Shown here one piece after another: positions 57,258 through 64,000 of a DNA stretch of 64,000 nt (the first letter of the stretch is position 1; each line of letters starts with the position of its first letter). Below the pieces are notes generated by a model. It ran no database searches. It saw nothing but the letters and a program-made list of their open reading frames with translations, and had not been told where the DNA came from. Position numbers and translations under genes: made by a program. The DNA comes from a candidate division CPR2 bacterium GW2011_GWC2_39_35 (GTDB lineage: Bacteria > Patescibacteriota > CPR2), in NCBI GenBank assembly GCA_000995065.1, contig LBWX01000003.1, forward strand, positions 22,304 to 86,303. Direction: 5' to 3'.

Positions 57258-60200
57258 TTAGCCTACATTCTCCAGCTTCACCGAAAGCAGGCTTGAGATA
57301 TGGTTTTCGTCCATGGTAACGCCGTAAAGAATATCGGTCACTTTCATGGTTTCCCGATTATGAGTTATAAAAACGAATTGGGTTTTTTTAGAAAGCTCTT
57401 TTATAATCTTTAAGAATCTCTCGGTATTAGATTCGTCTAAAGCCGCATCCACCTCGTCTAAGACTACAAAAGGACTCGGATTAAGATCTAAGATTGCCGC
57501 CAATAATGACAGCGCCGTTAGAGTCCTTTCTCCACCGGACAAGGCATTAATGTTATCCATTCTTTTTCCCGGTGGTTTTGCGCTAATATCAATATTGCCT
57601 TCAGCATCAATTTTTAATTCCGCTTTCCCGCCCACAAAAAGAATCTCAAAATAGCGGCTAAAGTTCTGAGCAATTTTATTAAATGCCGCGTTAAACTGAT
57701 TTTTGATCTGCCGATCCAGTTCCTCTATCACTTTGGATAGATCCTCTTTAGCCCGAGATAAATCTACCAGTTGTCCGGACAAAAAAACATAACGCTCGTC
57801 TACTTCCATATATTCTTCCCTAACCAGAGGATCAATGTCGCCAATTGAAATCACCTTGATGTTTAACTTTTCAATTTTGCGCTCCAGATCTAGAAAAATG
57901 TCTTTAGGCAGATCAACTATCTTTATCTTGCCGCTTTCTAGATTTTCTACGAAAGTGGTTCCAAGCTCTTTTTTGGCTTCATATTCCAAATCATCCTTCT
58001 TGGTTTCCAATTTGGCAATCTCAATCTTAAGAGATGATATTTGTCCTTCTATTTCGTGGATTAAAGACTGCTTGCTTCTTATCTTAGACGTAAGTTCGGA
58101 AGTTCCTTCGCTTCGAAGACCTTCCCCCTCTACTTTATTTAACTCGTCACGCTGTTTTTCAATTTCTTTTTCTTTCAGGTCCAATTCTTTTTTAAGCCCC
58201 TCCGAGAAGCTTGAGATCTCATTTACTTCCTTATTGGCCTCGACAGAATCTTGCATCTTACCCTTAAGCTTTTCTATCTCCTCACTGAGTTCTCTTTTTT
58301 CGGCCTCTCTAGCCCGAACATCCATCTTTACTCCAGAGATATCCGCCCGAAAAGCATCAATCAGACTATAAATCTCTTGCCTTAAATTCGAGGAGCCATT
58401 AATATCCTCTTCTTTTTCCACTTCTCTAAGTTCCTCTTTTAGAGTATTTATTTCTTTTTCTTTTTTATCTAAATCTGTTTTCAGCTCGGATAAATTTTTT
58501 TCTAACTCGCTAATCTCTTTCCCGGCCCCTCTTATCTTGTTTATTTTTTCATTTAGTTGACGAATTTCTTCATTTATATTTTTTTCTTCAAACTCTTTGG
58601 CGCTCACAACCGCTTTTATTTTAGAAGCCTCGCTTCTAAACAGATCAATTTGTTCGTAAAGTTCTTGCTTTACTCGTACCTTCGAATTAATTTCTTTTTC
58701 TAAATCTACAATTTTATTAAAGGTATCCGATTTCTCGGGTTTTACCTTGCCCAAGAGATCCTTTAACTTTTTCTCAGTATCTGCTAGCAGACTTTTCAAA
58801 CCGGATAATTCATCGAAGCTGCCAACGTTTTGCACTTTAGCTATAAGACTTAAAAATAAATCATAAAAAACGTTAAATTCGTCGGCAAAGGCAAGCTGGT
58901 CGAATTTGGTCTCTTTCTTTAAATTCTGGATGATCTCTTCGTAATTTTTAAGTTTGTCATTTGTTTCTTCAAGTCTGTTTTCCGCTTCTTCTAATCCCGA
59001 TACCTTCGACTCCAATTCTTTTACGAGGTTCCCCATCTCTTTAATTAAGTCATCCAATTTTGATTTTTTTTCATGAGCCAAATTCTCCAAATCCTTTAAG
59101 CTAACTCCCGTCATCGCTCTATTGACATCTAATTTGCTGGAAACCTGCAAGTATTTTTCTCTTATATCTTCTTTTTCCCTAACATTTTTGTCTATTTCTG
59201 CTCTTAGATTTTTTAAGCTCTCCAGCCTTTGGTCTTGCTTTTTTCTGGCGCTTTCATTTAAATCTTTAAGTCTTTCTTCCGCCCCGTGGAGTTTAGTAGT
59301 CTCTTCGTAAAGCTCAGACTGAAGATTGCCAATAATAAAACTTACGTCTTTTAATCTGATGTTTAACTTTTCGATATCTTTTTCCAGTTCCTTAGTATTT
59401 AAGTTAGCCAGAACCCTTTTTACTTCCAATTGGCTCGATATTTGAATTTGCCGGCCCCTAATACTTTCTCTCTGTGCTAGTTTTTGCTCGAGCTCTAGAC
59501 GTAATTTCCTCAAATTTTCGACTTTTTGGCGTTCTTTAGAAAGGCTTTCATCAAGCTCTTTATTGATTTGATCAAGCTCTTTTTTAATGGAGGCCGCTTC
59601 TTTATCAAGTTCGTTAAAGTTTTCCTTATTTATAAGAAGCTTGGAATCGATCTCGCCCCACACAGCAGCGTAATATTTTTCCTGAAGACCGGTTAACTCA
59701 TTTACGAACTCTTCTCTGGCTTCAGCTCTTTTAAATTGGCTTTTTAAGACTCTAAGGCGAGGTTCTAATTCCGTCACAATATCCTGAACCCGAACTAAGT
59801 TTTGTTCGGTGGCCGAGAGCTTCCTTACAGCCTGATCTTTCTGAAGCTCAAATTGCTTAACTTGCGCCGCTTCGCTAAAAAAAGCCTTTCTCTCTTCGGC
59901 ACCTAAAAACAGAAACTGATCCACCATTCCCTGGCCAATTACCGAATAGCTGGACCGCCCAAAACCGGCTTTGGCGAGTAACTCCTGAATATCAAAAAGG
60001 CGCGCCTTCTTACCGTTAATCATGTACTCGTTGTCACCGTTTCGGTATAGGCGCCTTGAGATCGAAACCTCGTTAAAATCGATTGGAGCTTTATTGTCTG
60101 AATTATCAAAAAGAAGTGAAACCTCAGCAAAAGAAGATCTGGATTTTTTTGCACTGCCCGCAAAAATGACGTCTTCACTCTTTTTGGCCCGAAGCAATTT

Positions 60201-60359
60201 ATAACTCTGCTCACCCAAAACCCACCTTATGGCATCTGAAATATTGGATTTTCCGGAACCGTTCGGACCAACAACGCCAACAATGCCCGGCTCGAAATCC
60301 AAAGAGTATTTCCCGGCAAAAGATTTAAAGCCGAATAGTTCGATTTTCTTTAAATACAA
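57258..60359 (-). CDS. smc: chromosome segregation protein SMC
   Basis: 1033 aa; Walker A GPNGSGKSN, long coiled coils, hinge, C-terminal LSGGE...DEVDAALD. Confidence 0.9.
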   Translation of the reverse strand: MYLKKIELFGFKSFAGKYSLDFEPGIVGVVGPNGSGKSNISDAIRWVLGEQSYKLLRAKKSEDVIFAGSAKKSRSSFAEVSLLFDNSDNKAPIDFNEVSISRRLYRNGDNEYMINGKKARLFDIQELLAKAGFGRSSYSVIGQGMVDQFLFLGAEERKAFFSEAAQVKQFELQKDQAVRKLSATEQNLVRVQDIVTELEPRLRVLKSQFKRAEAREEFVNELTGLQEKYYAAVWGEIDSKLLINKENFNELDKEAASIKKELDQINKELDESLSKERQKVENLRKLRLELEQKLAQRESIRGRQIQISSQLEVKRVLANLNTKELEKDIEKLNIRLKDVSFIIGNLQSELYEETTKLHGAEERLKDLNESARKKQDQRLESLKNLRAEIDKNVREKEDIREKYLQVSSKLDVNRAMTGVSLKDLENLAHEKKSKLDDLIKEMGNLVKELESKVSGLEEAENRLEETNDKLKNYEEIIQNLKKETKFDQLAFADEFNVFYDLFLSLIAKVQNVGSFDELSGLKSLLADTEKKLKDLLGKVKPEKSDTFNKIVDLEKEINSKVRVKQELYEQIDLFRSEASKIKAVVSAKEFEEKNINEEIRQLNEKINKIRGAGKEISELEKNLSELKTDLDKKEKEINTLKEELREVEKEEDINGSSNLRQEIYSLIDAFRADISGVKMDVRAREAEKRELSEEIEKLKGKMQDSVEANKEVNEISSFSEGLKKELDLKEKEIEKQRDELNKVEGEGLRSEGTSELTSKIRSKQSLIHEIEGQISSLKIEIAKLETKKDDLEYEAKKELGTTFVENLESGKIKIVDLPKDIFLDLERKIEKLNIKVISIGDIDPLVREEYMEVDERYVFLSGQLVDLSRAKEDLSKVIEELDRQIKNQFNAAFNKIAQNFSRYFEILFVGGKAELKIDAEGNIDISAKPPGKRMDNINALSGGERTLTALSLLAAILDLNPSPFVVLDEVDAALDESNTERFLKIIKELSKKTQFVFITHNRETMKVTDILYGVTMDENHISSLLSVKLENVG

Positions 60360-60435
60360 AAAAGCCTCACTTTGTTACTGCCCTATCATAGCAAAATCTT
60401 TTGATTAAATGAAGCTTAACCAAAAATTAAAAAAA

Positions 60436-60558
60436 TCCAAATGACAAAGCCCAAATGTCAAATCAAATCCAAATTTCAAATGACAAAGAAGATTATTTGG
60501 TCATTAAATCATTTGTCATTCATTTGACATTTGTAATTTGAGCTTTGACATTTGAAAA
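60436..60558. repeat. array of six about 11-nt motifs AAATG[AT]CAAA[GT], three direct then three inverted, forming an about 120-nt imperfect palindrome between rnc and smc
   Basis: CCAAATGACAAAG, CAAATGTCAAAT and CAAATGACAAAG on the left; CATTTGTCATT, CATTTGACATTTG and CTTTGACATTTG on the right. Confidence 0.55.
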
Positions 60559-61260
60559 CTACTTATAGTTTTTCAACGCGTCTTCGGCGGCAGATTGTTG
60601 CGCTAGCTGCTTTGATGGCCCTTTGCCTTTTCCAAGCATCTTCTCGCCTAGAAAAACACCGATCACAAACTCTTTGGCGTGATCCGGTCCGTATTCTTCG
60701 AGGACTTTGTACGACGGAGTTATGCCTTCTCGGTCCTGAGCTAATTCTTGAAACCTGCTCTTTGGGTCGATATATAATTCTTTTTCTAAAATAGTCGGCA
60801 ATTCACTAATAATATCTTTTAAAATAAACTGTTTGGCCACCTCATAACCCTGATCCATGTAGATGGCGCCAATTATGGCTTCCATCGCATTGGCAAGAAT
60901 CACGTCCCTTGCTCGGCCGACACTCTTTTTTTCACCCCTGCTTAAAAGGAGATAGTCTTCGATATCCAAGCTTTTAGCGACTTTAGATAAGTTTTCGGCT
61001 TTTACCAAAGCAGAGCGCCAGTTTGTTAGCTCGCCTTCCGGATTGGGATAATTGTCGTACAAATAATGAGTGACCACCAATTCCAAAACTGCATCGCCCA
61101 AAAACTCTAGCCTTTCATTATGCCCAATCTTAAAATCGGAGTGTTCATTAAGATAAGACCTGTGCACCAAAGCCTGTAGCAGAAGATCTTTATTTTTAAA
61201 GCTTACCTTTAATCTATCTTCGAGTTTTTGAATTTTGAGTTTCTCATCAATCATTGTCAT
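60559..61260 (-). CDS. rnc: ribonuclease III
   Basis: ERLEFLGDAVLELVVTHYLY signature plus a C-terminal dsRBD. Confidence 0.93.
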   Translation of the reverse strand: MTMIDEKLKIQKLEDRLKVSFKNKDLLLQALVHRSYLNEHSDFKIGHNERLEFLGDAVLELVVTHYLYDNYPNPEGELTNWRSALVKAENLSKVAKSLDIEDYLLLSRGEKKSVGRARDVILANAMEAIIGAIYMDQGYEVAKQFILKDIISELPTILEKELYIDPKSRFQELAQDREGITPSYKVLEEYGPDHAKEFVIGVFLGEKMLGKGKGPSKQLAQQSAAEDALKNYK

Positions 61261-62173
61261 GTTTCTTTGTAATTATCCTTATCGCTTCGTTTATTAAATC
61301 TTCTGTATTTTCGTAACCGGCATTGTGAACGGCATTTTCGGCCTTAAACCATCTTACGTCTTTTACTTCCGGATCAACCACCTTAGCCATATCAATATTT
61401 TCTTCGTTTGTCCTAATTAGGAAAACTTCCACTTTCTTTAAAACTTTCTCGCCGTCTTTTTTGGAATGAAGTTCAAATCGTCCAAGCTTACTTTCTATAT
61501 TTAAATCTTTAATGCCGGTCTCTTCCGAGGTTTCTCTTATAGCTGCTTTTTCGGTGTCTTCATCATCTTCGACTCTACCCTTCGGAACAGTCCATTTCTC
61601 AAACCTGTCCTTAATAAGTAGAAAATAAATATCATCGTTTTCTTTTCGATAAACAAGGCCGCCAGATGCTTCCACTGCTTCCGCCTCTTCTTCGTAAATA
61701 TCCGAATTCCGGTAAACCGTACCCAAGACCCCGTTTACAAATTTAGATGAGTTCTCGCCTCCAAATGCCTTAGCTAACTCCACTGCCTCATTTATGGCAA
61801 CTTTAGGCGGCACTTCTCTTGAAAATATTAGTTCATAAATTCCAAGCCTCAAAACCGCCTTATCAACGCCGGCGATTTGGTCGATTGGCCATTCCGGCGC
61901 AGCAGGTGCTAAGATAGAATCAATTTCTTTTACATTATCTAGGGTTCCACCTACGAGGACGCTAATAAAATCGATATTATCAATACTTTTTGCAAACTCT
62001 TCAGTATTTCTCTTTAAAACTTCTAGTATTTGCTCTCTGGGGATCTCTTCACCAAGCTTTATCTTTCTAAAATCCCATTCGTATAATGTTTGCATCGCCA
62101 CAATTCTTGCTAAGTGACGGTTGGAGGCCATTTTTTCTCCTTTTTTTGTTGGCAAATGGGTTAATCGACTCAT
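61247..62173 (-). CDS. nusB: NusB (transcription antitermination factor) N-terminal domain fused to a C-terminal NUDIX hydrolase domain
   Basis: HLARIVAMQTLYEWDF...AINEAVELAKAFGGENSSKFVNGVLG (NusB) then GRVEDDEDTEKAAIRETSEETG (Nudix box); likely start at the MASNRH Met (62131). Confidence 0.75.
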   Translation of the reverse strand: MSRLTHLPTKKGEKMASNRHLARIVAMQTLYEWDFRKIKLGEEIPREQILEVLKRNTEEFAKSIDNIDFISVLVGGTLDNVKEIDSILAPAAPEWPIDQIAGVDKAVLRLGIYELIFSREVPPKVAINEAVELAKAFGGENSSKFVNGVLGTVYRNSDIYEEEAEAVEASGGLVYRKENDDIYFLLIKDRFEKWTVPKGRVEDDEDTEKAAIRETSEETGIKDLNIESKLGRFELHSKKDGEKVLKKVEVFLIRTNEENIDMAKVVDPEVKDVRWFKAENAVHNAGYENTEDLINEAIRIITKKHDND

Positions 62174-62226
62174 GGGCGAATGGGATTCTTTTTCCCATCG
62201 GCCTACTCACCAATTAGCCTATAAGC

Positions 62227-62400
62227 CTATTTAACTTCTTTTCTCTCTTTGCCAGCATAAAAACCGCATGTTGGGCAGATGATATGAGAAGCCGTAACTT
62301 CGCCGCACTGAGCACATGTGGAAAGACTTACACTAATTGTGTGATGAGATCTTCGTTTAAGGGTTCGTGTTTTTGATGTCTTCTTCTTCGGAACAGCCAT
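62227..62400 (-). CDS. rpmF: 50S ribosomal protein L32
   Basis: MAVPKKKTSKTRTLKRRSHH...CAQCGEVTASHIICPTCGFY; the track ORF is extended upstream to 62526, but the L32 homology starts at the Met at 62400. Confidence 0.85.
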   Translation of the reverse strand: MAVPKKKTSKTRTLKRRSHHTISVSLSTCAQCGEVTASHIICPTCGFYAGKERKEVK

Positions 62401-62462
62401 TATTTCTCCTTTTTCTAATTTTACAGAAACTTGATTTAGATTACCAGATTTTTGACATTTAG

Positions 62463-62876
62463 TCAATCTTCGAGATTTAGATTTCTGCCGCAACTTGGAC
62501 ACAGTCCTTTGCAGCCTTCGTCGCATAAAGGCTTTATGGGAAGAGCAAGTAATACCTCTTCTCGGAGCGACTCTTCGATATCAATCTTAAAATCTTTTAT
62601 CGGCAAAAATTCTTCGCCAGGCAATTGGCTAAACTCCCTGTCAAACTCCGCTTCCACCATAAAGTCAAAGTCCAAAAGGCACCTCGCACAGTTGATTTTA
62701 GCAATAAGGCGAATATAAAAATGACCGACGATGCTTTTTTCTAGTCGGATAAGGCGATACTTGCCTTCGATCGGTTCAATTAGCTCTAAATCCTCAATCT
62801 TAAGAGGGTGGGAAAACCGATCCTCCTGAATTGATCCTATTTCTTGACTTAGTAAGTTCTTAACGTTTAGCTTCAT
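62463..62876 (-). CDS. yceD: YceD/DUF177 family protein (23S rRNA accumulation protein)
   Basis: C-terminal CDEGCKGLCPSCGRNLN motif and the position immediately upstream of rpmF. Confidence 0.8.
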   Translation of the reverse strand: MKLNVKNLLSQEIGSIQEDRFSHPLKIEDLELIEPIEGKYRLIRLEKSIVGHFYIRLIAKINCARCLLDFDFMVEAEFDREFSQLPGEEFLPIKDFKIDIEESLREEVLLALPIKPLCDEGCKGLCPSCGRNLNLED

Positions 62877-63045
62877 AATAATTAAATAATTTTCTAATTG
62901 ATCTAATTAACCTAATAAAACTCCAATTTCTAAATCCAAAATAACTCAATAATTGTTTTGGGCCATTAGACATTTTATCATTAGCATTTCTTTAGAGCAA
63001 TTAGAAATTAGATAGATTAGAAATTTTATAATTGTTGCCCTTTAT

Positions 63046-64000
63046 CTACTTCACTACTATATTTATCAACTTTCCCGATACAAATATATGTTTTACTATC
63101 TGTTTTCCTTCTATCCATTTTTTGACTTTTTCTAAATCTAAAGCTTGGCGCAACGCCTCGTCTTCGGCGATAGCAATTGGAACCGTAACCTCATCTCTTA
63201 GTTTGCCATTCACCTGAATTACTAAGGTATAGACTTCTTCTTTGATTAATTTAGAGTCGACTTCCGGCCATTTCTCGGTAAAGATACTTTCCTTGTTTCC
63301 AAAATCACGCCATAACTCCTCTGCAATATGAGGAGCAAGAGGAGAAATTATCAAAAGAAAAATTCTCAACGCTTCCGTATAGGCATCATCCCTAATTACC
63401 TCCTGCTTCTTTGCTTCGGTTTCCAAAAAATTTAGAAGCTCCATTAGAGAAGCAACAGCTAAATTAAATTTGAAAGATTCGTAATAGCCATCGATCTTTG
63501 CTAACGTTTGGTGGGTCTTTTTTAAAACCAATTCAGAGTTAGTACTCTGGCCTTCTTTAGCTTTGATGACAGATTGCGACCAGCTCCACAAACGAGTTAA
63601 GAAACGATTGACTCCCGAGACACCATTAGTACTCCACGCAACACTCTGAGAAAAAGGTCCCATAAACATTTCGTACATTCTTAAGCTATCAGCGCCGTAT
63701 TCTTTAACAATATCATCCGGATTAACTACATTATCCCATCTTTTTGACATCTTTCGTCCGTCTTCCGCCAAAATTAAGCCTACGTGAATAAGCCTCTCGA
63801 ATGGTTCGATGGTCGAAACAACACCAATATCGTAAAGGAACTTATGCCAAAACCTGGCATACAAAAGATGCCTAGTTGCGTGTTCCGCCCCGCCAACGTA
63901 CAAGTCTACCGGCATCCATTCTTTTTCTTTTTTAGGATCCACAAGCTCTTTATTGTTATCAGGATCGATAAATCGAAGATAATACCAGCTTGAACCCGCC
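63046..64000 (-). CDS. leuS: leucine--tRNA ligase, C-terminal portion (gene continues beyond the window end)
   Basis: DLYVGGAEHATRHLLYARFW and KMSKRWDNVV (KMSKS) class I motifs; anticodon-binding C-terminus. Confidence 0.88.
   Translation of the reverse strand, partial: AGSSWYYLRFIDPDNNKELVDPKKEKEWMPVDLYVGGAEHATRHLLYARFWHKFLYDIGVVSTIEPFERLIHVGLILAEDGRKMSKRWDNVVNPDDIVKEYGADSLRMYEMFMGPFSQSVAWSTNGVSGVNRFLTRLWSWSQSVIKAKEGQSTNSELVLKKTHQTLAKIDGYYESFKFNLAVASLMELLNFLETEAKKQEVIRDDAYTEALRIFLLIISPLAPHIAEELWRDFGNKESIFTEKWPEVDSKLIKEEVYTLVIQVNGKLRDEVTVPIAIAEDEALRQALDLEKVKKWIEGKQIVKHIFVSGKLINIVVK

Overview
This 64-kb window comes from an AT-rich, gene-dense bacterial chromosome. Almost every gene is on the minus strand. 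The Patescibacteria/CPR-like flavour is inference only, from the long acidic tail on S16, the NusB-NUDIX fusion, a type IV pilus cluster without ATPases and many small membrane ORFs. Housekeeping genes are well supported: gyrA, gyrB, pheS/pheT, uvrA/uvrB/uvrC, smc, rnc, rpsP with a KH protein and trmD, yceD-rpmF, partial leuS, htpX-lemA, rmuC, secG, yvcK-like, and a six-tRNA array on the minus strand. The conserved blocks gyrA|gyrB, uvrC|uvrA|uvrB and rpsP|smc are each separated by compositionally distinct inserts, judged GC-richer by eye. (i) Between gyrA and gyrB sits a plus-strand operon for a BadF/BcrA/HgdC-type ATPase (activase) with DUF2229/HgdB-like partners; it carries one in-frame TGA. 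(ii) Between uvrC and uvrA lie spoVS, three unknown small ORFs and an IS110-family transposase-like gene, followed by a GC-rich non-coding stretch with three long perfect inverted repeats. (iii) Between rpsP and smc sits a two-gene cassette of unknown function. Other features are a MITE-like 147-bp palindromic element, a family of GTCATTGCGAG palindromic repeats, three promoters sharing an extended AACTATTGACA motif, an array of TGACA-type half-sites between rnc and smc, and an intergenic candidate ncRNA locus with RNase-P-like CR-I and CR-V motifs. No CRISPR array or rRNA was seen. All calls rest on reading the sequence and recalling families; none is confirmed by a search.
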